The position numbers and the translations under genes are program-made. The notes below the pieces were generated by a model, which ran no database searches, was not told the origin of the DNA, and worked only from the letters and a program-made list of their open reading frames with translations. A DNA stretch of 64,000 nt from Octopus sinensis (Eukaryota): contig NC_042997.1 in NCBI RefSeq assembly GCF_006345805.1, positions 99,448,001 to 99,512,000 of the forward strand, read 5' to 3'. This document shows positions 24,583-37,254 of the stretch, piece after piece (positions within the stretch are counted from its first letter, which is position 1; each line of letters starts with the position of its first letter).

Positions 24583-24653
24583 TAGACCTGATGAGTGACT
24601 ATATTTAAATTGAATATATTTTATTGTTATCGATTTGAAACACGTGTAGTCTA
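24583..24653 (+). ncRNA. Type I hammerhead ribozyme motif
   Basis: TAGAC-CTGATGA-G..(AT-rich imperfect stem II)..T-GAAA-C ACGT GTA-GTCTA: 5-bp stem I, intact core, palindromic stem III. Confidence 0.75.
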
Positions 24654-24757
24654 TTTACTAATTATATACTATTTATTTATTATTTCGTACTTTATTTAGT
24701 TCTAGGTAAATGTTTTATCCTATCTTTAATTTTTTTCCATATGGCATGATTCAAGTA

Positions 24758-25880
24758 TATTGGTTGAATAATGCTCATATAAATTTGGAAACCTTTAACT
24801 TAATATAATTTCTTTTTGCAGAATAATATAAGTGAATTAATTACTAATATTAACCCCTCAAAGATGAACGTATCGAAGGAGCATTTAAGGCACATGGTGC
24901 TTTCCGAGTTCATAAATGGAAATAGTGCAACAGAAGTAGCCCGAAATATTCAATCTATTTCTAGGAAGAGTGCTTGATCGAAAACAGTTGCAGAAGATGG
25001 TTTGAAAAGTTCAAAAAGTTCAAAAATGGTGATGTCAGCCTAAGAGAGAGGCCATGAATAGGACACCCTGTTGAATTCGATGATGAGCATCTTTTGTCAG
25101 AGCTTGAGAAGGATAATGCTGTGTCAGCTGGAGAATTGGCAAGCAGGCTCGGTTCACTGCCATCTTTAAGAACTTGGAAAGGAGTTCAAACTAGGAAAAT
25201 GGGTTCCCCATGATTTGATAGAAGCCAACCGAAAATTATGAGTTGACATCTGCTTATCTCTTCACTCTCATGAACATATCTCACCATTTTTTGACAGATT
25301 TGTGGCTGGTGAGGAAAAATGGATTTTTTTAGGCAAGCAATGGCTTGGATGTTGAGAATATGCTTAAACCACAACCAAAAATGGAATCCCATGCAAAAAA
25401 GGGTCTTCCTTGTGTTTGATGGAATTGCATTGGAGCCATCCACTCTGGGCTGCTACAAAACTAGTACAACAGTTACTGCTCACACCTATTGCCAACAATT
25501 AGTGCGTTTGGTTGCTGCTCTAAAGAAAAAAGCCTGCTTTCGCGAATCGTAACGGAATGATGTTTCATCATAATAATACAAAGTTCCACACTGCAAAGAT
25601 TATATCAAAAACAATCGAAGAACTTGGCTGAGAAAATATCTCTCACCCATTTTTGTCGAAGTTTACAGAATCATTTAGATGGATTAGTACTCAAGAACCC
25701 CAAAAGAGGTCAAAACTGACCTCTCTTCTTTTTCTCATCAAAACCAAAAGAGTTTTTCGCCAATGGAATTAAAAACTGATGAGTAGATGGAAGGAAGTCA
25801 TGAATAATGACGACAATTATATATAGGATAAATTTCTAATAAAATGTAAACCTAGATGACTTTTTTCTAACCCATAATTT
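24758..25880 (+). mobile_element. mariner-family transposon, pseudogenised transposase
   Basis: ATG at 24864: MNVSKEHLRHMVLSEFINGNSATEVARNI..RWFEKFK..LGKWVPHDL..FVAGEEKW..TVTAHTYCQQL..MFHHNN; many frameshifts; weak TIR remnants at both ends. Confidence 0.9.
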
Positions 25881-25934
25881 GGACATTACTTATGGGATGA
25901 CGTGATATATATGTATGTATGTGTGTGTGTTTGT

Positions 25935-25978
<44 letters not shown>

Positions 25979-26371
25979 CATAGTTAATAGAAAAACATAT
26001 ATCAGAAAGAAGCACTCTCTAAAGAAGAGAGCAGTAATTATTACAACAAACATTTTATATCTTGGACATAAAGTTACCCAAGGTGTCGCATCCTCAAAGC
26101 AAAAGCTTATGGACAGCTCGTCAGTCTCTATATAAATACAAAATTTAAAATATCTACGTCGCAGACGTGAGGAAGCCTTTAGAACTCTAGGAATATATCT
26201 TAATAAAAAAACTTTAATGAAGACGGGTTATCTCCCCTTATAGACCAGAAGAAGCCTAACTAGCAAACGGGGCGATCTAATTTCCCAGTAAGTAGCGCTT
26301 GAAATGTATACATTTAGAAAACATTGACAATCGAACATTAACAAAAACAACAAGAGCACTCACACAACGCA

Positions 26372-26695
26372 AACCTCCGCAAAACTAACACCAACGTCCT
26401 CTCAACGATTAGCCGGAGAGGATTTTTTAAAATGAGAATATCTTAAATAAACTCGACTGCTCTCACAAACGATATTCCTGAAAATGAACCTGACCGCTCT
26501 CAAAAATTAAGTAAAAAAAAGCGGGAAAATAATCCAGAATCCTTGTTCGGTACTGGATCGATCTAAAAATGTAATCAGTTCGTGTCAAACATCCCTGGAA
26601 ATTTCATCTGAATCTATCCAGCGGTTCTTAAGATATCTTGTCCACACTCAAACAAACACACACGTACTTCCACCTTAGTGAAGGCGGAGTTAATA
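26372..26695 (+). mobile_element. Helentron-associated (HINE/DINE-like) element, probable
   Basis: 5' ACCTCCGC and CCTCTC..GAGAGG hairpin; 3' TTCCACCTT AGTG AAGGCGGAG stem-loop followed by TTAATAA. Confidence 0.5.
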
Positions 26696-26766
26696 ACAAA
26701 ACAAGAAGAGGACGTACAAATGGATTGTATTAGCTTGACGCTCAGTAAAAGTGGAAAAAAGAGTGG

Positions 26767-26805
26767 GTTTTTAACGTTTCGAGCATAGCTCTTCGTCAGA
26801 AAGAC
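26767..26805 (-). ncRNA. Minimal type I hammerhead ribozyme motif in a pLTR-like repeat
   Basis: Minus: GTCTTT-CTGACGA-A GAGC TAT GCTC-GAAACGTT-AAAAAC; same family as 63924-63957 (shared downstream CTGAGCGT..CTAATACA). Confidence 0.75.
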
Positions 26806-28731
26806 GGAGAAGAGAAAAGTTCACGAACAGCACGTGTGAGGTTACATGCTTGATATATATGTATAGATTTGTGTGTCTATGTGTGCGTGTGTGTATGTGT
26901 ATGAGTGTTGACGAGGTCTAATTAGAGGGAAACATATCCGTTACTTTCAAGCGGTTGGTTTTAAAGATGCGACCCACTCATACATTTTCTCAAAGTTATC
27001 CTTCTCCTCGGATTTAAATACCTCTAAATGAAGTTTTGTTTAGTAATTGTTTAGATAACTTCAATTGATCCCATTTTTTCTACAAGTTTATTACATATGT
27101 AATAATAAAGCTGGATTTACAATCCGTAACACTCTACTGAGGTATTTCTCTTCTCAAATTACTGTTGTGATCATTCAAAAAACGTATATGACGACTGTGT
27201 AGCGTAGGCCAAATACACTCACGCTTGTATCTATCAAAGACAATTACCTAGAGTGAATCACGTTATAAAAACAAAAAGTCCATCTTTAATGTAAAATTAT
27301 AAAACTTACAGGAAATGAATTATAAACTTAAATATGTTTTTACATTGATCCAAGTATTTAGTTTGTGGGTGGGGGAATCGTTTCTGCCGTGTTTGTTGAT
27401 TAAATATTTATTTCTTATTTTGTACATTTGCACAGGCTACGATTTTTAAGAAAATATTTTAGTTGATTTAATTTACTCCGCCCTCAATACATTAATGATG
27501 CTTTATCATTCATAGAGTTTGAACAGAAATGCCTTATCTCCGATAGAATTTGTACTCACAATGCATAACAAATGAAATAATGTAAGGATTTGGTCCTCGG
27601 CTCAGCTATATGTCTCATGTTCAAGTCATGAGTAAACAAATACAAACTCAATTGTTTATCTAATGATTTCATAATTAACTAAGTAAAAAAAGATATTTGA
27701 TTATTTTGCATTATTTTACATTATTTTTACACAATTCTAATATTTAATTTATTTGACATTATGTATGTATGTATGTATGTATGTATGTATGTATGTATGT
27801 ATGTATGTATGTATGTATGTATGTATGTATTTGTGTGTATGTATGTGTACATTTGTCTGTGTGTGAGGGGGTGTTACTAATTATAGTTGTGTGCATTTGA
27901 ATACGTAGTCCTACATCTACACAGAGTATTATTTACTCCACGTTTATATTTGTATTTCTTTGAGTATTTTCTCTGATCGACTCTAAGTGAAAGTATTTCT
28001 TGTATTTTCACGCTTCTGTAGAAAACAATTGAATTTAGTTCCTAGGGATCCACTATTCTCCACACTCTGAAACGTTGTATATGCGAAGTATGATAAAGCT
28101 ATCGAATCACTAACAGTTCTTCTATATAGAGATGAATGGCGTGTTCAAGTGAATGTGAGATTTGCTCTCGATATATTCAATTTATAACACTAGAATTCCA
28201 CTTCTTACATCAGAAAACCTCAGTCTGGATTTCTGTTGCTATTTTGTTGTTATTGTTGTTGTTGTTGTCGTCGTCATCTTGCTATTATGTAACCCTGGTC
28301 AGACCTGCCTAGTGAAATCTGCTTTATGGCACTGAGATAGTTACTTGAATAAGAGTTTGATAAGCGTTTTAGCTATAGTATTCTAGTCTTTATGTGCTCG
28401 CTATGCTAAAACTTCAAACATATAACTCCCATTTCAAAAGCGATATGGTATTTACCAAGAGGAAAAGAAAGATAGATACAGAGATCAAAATTATTTGCTG
28501 CACCAAGCAGGTCGATTGAATACGTAGAAAGGGAGATGGTATCAGATTTCCTTTGAAATCTCTATCCATTACTCACATACTCTCAAAATTCTCTCAAAAT
28601 TTTTTAACTCTCATTTCTTTCTCTGATACTTTTTTTTTCACTCTGTATAATTTCAACTATATTTACCGATTTAGATATAACTTCATTATGTCTTTAATCT
28701 ACAACCACTTATCTTTCTTTCTTCCAATTCC

Positions 28732-28776
<45 letters not shown>

Positions 28777-28879
28777 CGTATATATATATATATATATATA
28801 TCCCCTCTCTTTTTATATATCTGTCTCAGTCCCTCTCCCCTATCTCCCCTCTCTCTTCCTCTCCCCTCTCTCTCCCTCT

Positions 28880-29420
28880 CCCCCTCTCTCTATTTCTATC
28901 TCCCTCTCCCCTCTCTCTATTTCTCTCTCTCTCTCTTTGTCCCTCTCTTTCCCTGTACTTCTGTCTTTCTCTTTTCCTCGTCTCTCATTTTTCTGTCCTT
29001 AGACCCACGACTTCTCTTCCTCCCTCTCTGCCACACTTTCTATATTTATCTCCACCTATCAATCTGTTCATAATATTATCTCTCACCACATTATGCTCCT
29101 TTTTTATATTCCTACAATCTCCATCATCACCATCCCTCCCTCGCTCCCCCCCTCTCTCTATTTCTATCTCCCTCTCCCCTCTCTCTATTTCTCTCTCTCT
29201 CTCTTTGTCCCTCTCTTTCCCTGTACTTCTGTCTTTCTCTTTTCCTCGTCTCTCATTTTTCTGTCCTTAGACCCACGACTTCTCTTCCTCCCTCTCTGCC
29301 ACACTTTCTATATTTATCTCCACCTATCAATCTGTTCATAATATTATCTCTCACCACATTATGCTCCTTTTTTATATTCCTACAATCTCCATCATCACCA
29401 TCCCTCCCTCGCTCCCCCCC
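28880..29420. repeat. Near-perfect 268-bp tandem duplication inside a polypyrimidine (CT-rich) tract spanning about 28730-30130
   Basis: AGACCCACGAC at 29001 and 29269; the intervening sequence repeats essentially verbatim. Confidence 0.9.
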
Positions 29421-29807
29421 CTCTCTCTCTCTCTCTCTCACTCGCTCACTGACATTGTCAAGATACTTTTACTGAGTTCTTGAAACACTGTTTTCCCTTA
29501 TATTCTGTTTCCCCGCATTTCTTTCTAAACCTTAATTAATTTCCTTTTTACCCATCTTTCATTTTTTCTGTCTGCCTCCCTCTTTATATTCTTTCATTCT
29601 CTTCACTAACTTCTGTGTATGTGTGTGTGTCCCCCTCTCTCTTACACACACACACACTCGCCTTGCTTCTCTCTTTTTCTCTCACTCTCTTTTCCTCTCT
29701 TGCTCTTCATCTTTTGTTCTTCATCTCTTTCTCTCTCTCTCTCATTCTATATATATCTTTCTCTCTTTCTCTCTCCCTTTCTCCCACTTTCTCTTTCTCT
29801 TTTCTCC

Positions 29808-29841
<34 letters not shown>

Positions 29842-30689
29842 TACACACGCACTCTCTTTCCTCACTTTTCTCCCTTGCGCTCTCTCTCTTTCTCTCGCTT
29901 AAACAATCACCCTCTCTCCACACTTTTCTCCCTTATTCTCTTTCCCCTCTCCCTTCTCCCCTCTATCTCTCTTATTCTCTCTAATTTAGTTTCTATCTCT
30001 CTTATCCTTTATATTTCCTTTTTTCTCCTCTCCCTATCACTCTCTCCGTCTCCATCTCCCTCTCTCCCCCTCCCCCGTCTCTCTCTCTCTCTCTCTTTCT
30101 CTGGATCTTTTGCTCTATCTTTCCACCGCTTCCATTATAGTAAACCGACGAAACCTAACAACCCACTATCAATCATTGAGATACCATACGTTACAAGTAA
30201 AACACTCTTTTATTGACCTAAATAATGTTTTATTGATTCTGCAGAAATCATTTTACTGTCTATCAGTATAACCCATATTTATAATGATATGTGACACTAT
30301 TAAATTTGTGATTTATACAGAATTTTATCACTTCAAAATGCTGGAGCTATTTTCTTCTAATCTTTCTCAACCATTTGGCAGTTATTTCCATCATATGCCT
30401 ATTCTTAACTCCTGTAAGGATGATTGCTCTTTTTATTTAGATCTCATACTGACCATTTTTTTTCTTCACTAAACTCAATTATCCTTGAAGTCTTAGAGAT
30501 CCCTGGTATTCTAGAGTGGTTTCTAGCAAAATTCTAAGTTCTCATTCTTTTATTGCTGCTTGAGTGCACCAGAATCATTGATAGCAATCATACGCATTGA
30601 CTTTCTAAACTATATGTAATACTCAAAATGTTTTATACGCATATATATATATATATTGTATTTTTGTATTTACATTCCTGTAACATCGT

Positions 30690-30959
30690 CTGTTTTTCCG
30701 TCCTTGTTTCGTATACATTCGATGCTTTTTTCCAAGGAATCTAATGCTCTTAGATTAGTTTTTCCTTGGGGCTGGCCAGATTGGAGCAATCTCAAGATTA
30801 ATCAAGAAATTGCGAAGATGATCCTGTTCTTGACTAAAGATAAAAGGCTTCGAATGACCCGTCCTTGTTTTTTTGTATCGTCTATCTGGATGTTTTGTTG
30901 TCCCCTTTTGTATCACCTAGTTGTCCGGATGTTTTGCGTTCTTGTCCCATTTTGTATTT

Positions 30960-30960
<1 letters not shown>
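30690..30960. mobile_element. Interspersed repeat homologous to 58446/59142 (probable pLTR family)
   Basis: AATCTAATGCT..TTAGTTTTT..CTTGGGGCTGGCC...TTGGAGCAA..AAGGCTTCGAATGA is shared with 59107-59232. Confidence 0.6.
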
Positions 30961-31000
<40 letters not shown>

Positions 31001-32724
31001 CGTAGCACTCCGTCGTTTTTTCTCACCCCGCCAACCCTCGACCTAGTCTCGACATCCTCTCCGCGACCGGTGGCCGACGTCGACACCTTACACCTTCCTA
31101 GCACAGTCGCTGCCCCGTTCGTCGCCTCTGTTTTCACTATTATCTAGGGTCTTGCTGATCAGATGCGGTAGTTGTGTGGAAGGGCATTTCTCGTTGGTCT
31201 CTTCCGGTTACCGATCTTCGACTGGGTACGTTCTTCTTGACCCTACAAGGCCGGCGAGTTTTCGATATGCCGCCGCCACTTCGTCCATCCGCACCCGAGC
31301 GCCTTCACTGTCGTCGCACTCCGCCTCGCACTCCGGCTAACACCTCACTTGTTCATTCGTCGTACTCGTCCCCAACAGCAGCAGCTCCGTTTGCTCATCG
31401 TTTCGCACGCTCGTGTTCTTCGCCTCCACCTTGCTGTTGTAGCTGTGGCCTCCTCGTCCGTCCCGCAATTGCCAGGACTGCTTCTCTGTGATTTATTAGA
31501 CAAAATTCAACCTTCGTATATGAGTATGTATATATGTATGTATGTATGTATGTACGTATGTATGTATGTATTTTTGTATGCGTGCATGTGTGTATGTATG
31601 TGTGTGTGTGTATGTGTATGTGCGTATAATTACGCATACTTATACGCACACAAACAGAAAGACAGAGTGATGTGGGTACAAACTCATACGCATGAGTCGT
31701 ATTACAGTTTGCGTGAAACATCGGCCAAAACAACAATAGCAACAACAGAAAGTGAGTAAATGTTAATGCGCATTAACGAAAACACTCGAGCACACACCTA
31801 TACATAGACATGCACAACCGCGCGCACATACACATACACCTACAAGGGTCAAAATTTATATACACACTTGCTTGATGAAACACAGATGCATGCAAACAGT
31901 TATTCACCAAGCTATTTGGTGGTGGGGGGCTTCATAGTTGGCATGCTCAGTAACCCCTTTACCATCATCCTTCTAATCTCACGAGACAAACGGAAGTCTA
32001 TGTAATCGTTCGATTTGCAAGAAATAGCAACCAATTCTCACACAAATCACAATCCTATTTTTCTTTTAAAAGGGAAGACTCCACTAAGCAATGAAGTGAG
32101 AAGTATACAAAAAAAAAAGAAATTGCAACAGTTGAAACATTTTTGTTTATAAGTATGGGGCTAATCAAGAAGAACAGCAGTTTATAAAGTTCGAAGTATT
32201 TTGGATACGAACCATGAAAGCAGACCAATTCCTGTCAACTGATACATTTTACCATTTTTTTCTGTTATATGAATCGCTCTCCTTGAGGTTCTGAGTTGTC
32301 CATTAAAATATTACAATTATTAAGCACGCAAGATGGTCAAATCAATAGACTTCCAGTCAAATTGTTGTTTAATATTTAGTTGCATTGCATAAAATCATGA
32401 CAACAAGAAGTCCTAAAACAATTACAACAGCAACAACTCAAAGACGAAGTCCCTTAACTCAGAGAGGGAACGAAAAGTTATTGGAGTTTGTACACTCAAT
32501 GACATAATTTTGATAACGCAAAAACAACAAAAGAGAAACTTCTGGTTAGAACAACACCAGAAATTTATCAGATAATGTGGAACGTTTCAAAAACTTTCTA
32601 GACAAAGGATTTTTTAGGTCCTCTACCGGACCTCCACAAAAGGTTTAACATAACACTGCAGTAAGTGACCCACTCCTTTTCATTTACATTTTCCTCTTCA
32701 TTTGATGGCAATAATTATAATAGA

Positions 32725-33200
32725 CAGTAAAATTGTACGTGATCTGGGATTGGCGTGGAAGGTGGAGACACCTGCTCAAGGATCTCGTGTTTCTTCGTCT
32801 GAACGTGATAGCTAATAGCGAAACCAGGATTTCCGAAACGCGTTCGGTTACTCTCCTGAATGACAAATTATCTTGGACAATAATTGCTATGAAGGAGACG
32901 GTGGAGCCTCCAAACGTGTAACCGTGTAGTATAAATCCGGTTATCAACTGAGCCTATAATGAAAATCGATCCACCACTTTCCCTTGGCATGGGAGTGTGG
33001 TCAAATCTTCCTGTCTGTTGCCTATTGAAAAAGAAGTAGTGTGATTGACACGTTTGAAAGTTTTGAAGGCATGAATTTTTCCGTCTGATTGAAGCACCAG
33101 GAGAAGATGAGCGTAGGGAGTAAGGTGCTGCCTAATAGTGTGTTCAAAGATAAGTGGGTGAGAGCGGCAAGCTCGTCGAGGATAAAAGGATCAAATTTAA
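32725..33200 (+). mobile_element. Degenerate apurinic-like endonuclease region of an L1/Tx1-type LINE
   Basis: RGRWRHLLKDLVFLRLNVIANSETRI fits the NVRG..L..L..D.I.L.ET motif; later FRLIEAP..ER. Confidence 0.5.
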
Positions 33201-33449
33201 TTATGCTTTCCAAAACAGGCAAGACATCTGGGAGTCAGCTCATTTAATGTCTTTCAACTGGCAGAGTAAAAGTGTTTTTTTTTTCTTAGTTTAACCTTTC
33301 TTTTCTTTTACCTTTCTGTAAACCTTTGTGTTTGTATAATTAGCTACGATTTTCTACTTTATTCTTTCTTTATACGTAAAGCTTTCTTTTTATATTCTTG
33401 TACCTTTGGGCACAAATCAGTTTCTCTTTACTGACTTTGGATTGTTTTT

Positions 33450-33850
33450 ATTCTTTAACTTGTTTCAGTCATTTGACTGGAGTCATGCTGGGATACCTAC
33501 CACATTGAAGAGTTTTAGTCGAACAAATGGACCCCAGGACTTATTTCTTAAGCCTAGTACTTATTCTATCGGTATCTTTTGCCGAACCGCTAAGTTACGG
33601 AGACATAAGCATAACAAAATCGGTTGTCAAACGGAGTTGGAGACACAAACATACACACACACACATACACATACACACACACACGCACGTATTGTGTATG
33701 ATGTATGCATACGACGGCCTTCTTTCAGTTTCTCAAGGCTTTGGTCGGCTCAAGGCTATAGCAGAAGACACTTGTTCAAGGTGCCACGCAGCAGGACTGA
33801 ACCTGGAACCATTTGATTGCGAAGAAAGCTTCTTACCACACAGCAACGCT
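33450..33850 (-). mobile_element. Family-B SINE
   Basis: Revcomp of the 53364 type, including GATAGAATAAGTACTAGGCTT and CAGTCAAATGACTGAAACAAG. Confidence 0.88.
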
Positions 33851-34299
33851 TGAAATATTTTTCTAGACATGCAACCGTTACCTTCTAGTGGTTCTGTACG
33901 TATAATGAGCTCAGTTCCTCCCTGGTGCAGGGTAGGTATATGATATCTCTATACAATATCGGATGGTAGTTTCGGAATACTATAAACGGGTTTCTTGTTT
34001 TCCTGTTTCACCCCTTTTATCCACTTGCTTCTAATTTACTATTTAATATTTTGGAGCTGTAGTTCAAAACTGGGATGGCGAATCACCTTTTTATATATTT
34101 CACTCCCTTTCTCATTACGCTAAATAAAGTTGGATCATTATCTTTTGTTTCGATTTTAATTTTAATTCTAATTTTATATATTTCCTTTGCACTATTGCAG
34201 TTTTGGCTGAGGGGGATCTTACTCTTTTAAGACCGAGTCCGATGTCACGTGGTATTACTACGTCTCCTGTATAGACTACATCATTTAGCTAGTTGGTAT

Positions 34300-35190
34300 T
34301 CAAGTTTATTTCTATGGAAATGTTTTTGTATGGCCTTATTGTATTCTTTGAAAGAGACGTTTGTTTAAACATAACTCCGGCATGTTGATCCACATTTATT
34401 GATTTTGTTATTGACAATTCATTTTCTGTTTTCCATATTATTTCTGAGAGATTTTCCTCAATGTTAACTTTGTCTGTTGTGGAATGTTTATTTTTGCATG
34501 TACGGTCTTGGGTATCTTTTTGTAATGGTTGGAGTTTTGGTTTCTGATTTCCATGTGAAATTGTGTGGCTTTCATCCTCGTTTGAGATTTTTTATATATT
34601 CAACTCTGTTTTCACATTCCCTTTTGGAAAACACGATGCACTCAAACGTAATGTGATTGATTGATTCTCCATAGCCTCCACTCTGTCTGCATTTGCTTTT
34701 CATATTCCTCTTATATCACGGTAAGATCGCTTTGTCATTCTCTGAGACCTTTCCTAATTTATGTTTGTACCACCTATTTTCTATTGGTATTCCATATAGC
34801 TGGAATCATTTCCAGTGTATGAAATCCTAAACAATTGTGTCTGTAAGGTGCAATCTTTCTTGACTAAGAAAAAATGTGGTTAACTGTTTCTTCTCAATCT
34901 CCATGTATTCTGCAGTTACGCAATGTACACACTTTTAGAAGTTTCTGGTATGAAGCATTTGGTCTTGGCCCCAATCCAAAATCTGTTTTATCTTTGAGTC
35001 TTGCACTTCTCAGCCAATTCTAAGGAATATCTTTATCCACTTTGGCTTAGTTGAATCTAGTCAGGTACTATAGGAGCTTTTCTTGCCAAAGTTTTTGCAT
35101 GTCATTTTCCAATTCCATTATCAGTTTCTGACTTTGCTTCTCCATTTTCATTACAAAACCTTGTTATCTCAGCCTCTGTTTCATATTTGT
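34300..35190 (-). mobile_element. Degenerate R4/Dong-like LINE fragments
   Basis: Minus: WQEKLL..NWLRSARLK..QDQMLHTRN..FIHWK..YGIPIENRWYKH..ENDKAIL; same family as 51583-52930. Confidence 0.7.
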
Positions 35191-35202
35191 TAATTTTCTT
35201 AA

Positions 35203-35830
35203 GGTGGCGAGCTGGCAGAAACGTTAGCACGCCGGGCGAAATGCTCAGCGGTATTTCGTGTCTTTATGTTCTGAGTTTAAATTCTGCCGAGGTCGACTTT
35301 GCCTTTCATCCTTTCGGAGTCGATTAAATAAGTACCAATTACGCACTGGGGGTCGATATAATCGACTTAATCCCTTTGTTTGTCCTTGTTTGTCCACTCT
35401 CTGTTTAGCTCCTTGTGGGTAGTAAAGAAATAGGTATTTCGTCTGCCGCTACGTTCTGAGTTCAAATCCGCCGAGGTCGACTTTGCCTTTCATCCTTTCG
35501 AGGGTTGATAAATTAAGTACCAGTTGCATACTGGGGTCAATCTAATTGACTGGCCCCTTCCCCAAAAATTTCAGTCATTGTGCCTTGTGTAGAAAAGAAT
35601 ATGTAACTCATCTAAGGCGGCGAGCTGGCAGAATCGTTAGCATGACGGGTAAAATTCTTAGCGGTATTTCGTACGATTTTACTTTCTGAGTTCAAATTCC
35701 ACCGAGGTCGACTTTGCCTTTCATCCTTTCGGAGTCGATAAAATAAGTACCAGTTGATCATGGAGATTGACGTAATTGACTATCTGCCACCCCTGAAATT
35801 GCTGGCCTTGTAGCCAAAGTTTGAAACCTA
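35203..35830 (+). mobile_element. Three consecutive family-A SINE units with three different tails
   Basis: 35203 (tail ..GTGGGTAGTAAAGAAATA), fused 5'-truncated unit at about 35421 (tail ..GTAGAAAAGAAT), 35614 (tail ..TTTGAAACC). Confidence 0.88.
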
Positions 35831-36020
35831 TATGAAATTCACTTGCCCAAAATGCCACAAAACAGAATCGAAACTGAAACCTTACTACTGCGAACCCTAA
35901 ACACATGTGCGCACATATATGCGAGTATTTCTTTAGTATGTTGTATTGTTCGCCGATTTATGTAAGTAGATTTTTCTACAAAATACGCACAGATGTACTC
36001 TCTCTCTCTCTTTCTCTTTC

Positions 36021-36051
<31 letters not shown>

Positions 36052-36052
36052 T

Positions 36053-36083
<31 letters not shown>

Positions 36084-36276
36084 TTCTCTCTATCACACAC
36101 ACATGCACGTACATACACAGACGCGCGCTCACATTTGAACTCACACGAACACACACACATACATATACACACATACATATACACACATACATATCTATGT
36201 ATACATATTAATACTAGAAAGTAAAGAAAGAAAATTCATGAACATATATGAGTTCGTACATATATGCACAAGCAAT

Positions 36277-36311
<35 letters not shown>

Positions 36312-37002
36312 TGAGAGGGAGAGAATGAGAGAAAAACGTGCTCAAGTACATCCACGCTAATATATTTGCATTGTGGCAAGCCTCTTTTCTATTTAAATAT
36401 TTAGTTTACTTCAGGATTCTTTTCTGAACGTTTTATCTTACTAAATCTTGGAGTGGCTCTAAGCAAGCTTCTTAAATTCAATTTGCTTCTTACTCTTCAC
36501 TTCATACCAATTACACGTTTAATATTAAACCAAGGTCATCCTCCTTCTGGTTAAAAATTCAAGCAGTTATTTACGTGCAGAAAATTTTGTGTGTAGGGAA
36601 ATCCAAAATGGTTGACATGGAATTACCTGGTATCTTTGCAGTTGTTATCATACTTATTGAGCCAGTGCAGTCCATCAAGACCGACCAAATGATCAATAGA
36701 TTTTGAGAACGTTACCCATATGACATGTAATAATAATATGCAGGTACATCAAACATGACATGAATAAAACGGCAGGCTATTTTGCAGATGCAAATAGCTA
36801 CAGAACTTGAACGAAACAAAACAGGGAATTATAAAAGCAAAACCCACCCATATTAGATGAGTTACTCTGTATCTCTGTGTTTATCTCTGAAACCGCTTGA
36901 CAACTGATGTTGGTTTGTTTGCGTCCCCGTAACTTAGCACCTTAGATAGAATAAGTATCAGTCTTAAAAATTAAATACTGGGGTCAATCTGTTCGTGTAA
37001 AC

Positions 37003-37254
37003 TAGTGGTTCTCATCCTTTCATTTTCCTATGAACCCCTTTGATTCCAATTTTAGTCGGGTGGCCCTCCATAGCCAGTCGATGTTTAAAAATTCCTGTTG
37101 TATTTTTATAATTAAATTTAACTAGGAATTGTATTCAAAACATTATTAAAATATTTTATGTATTGTGGAAGTAAGACCAATTTCTTGCACAAATTTTAAC
37201 AATATCTTATATGGATCCTTCAAGGTCCATATGGACCTCGGTTGAGAACTACTG
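37003..37254. mobile_element. hAT-type MITE inserted in a family-B SINE remnant
   Basis: TAGTGGTTCTCATCC ... GGTTGAGAACTACTG TIRs; flanking 8-mers GTGTAAAC / GTCTAATC (6 of 8 identical, degraded TSD). Confidence 0.75.
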
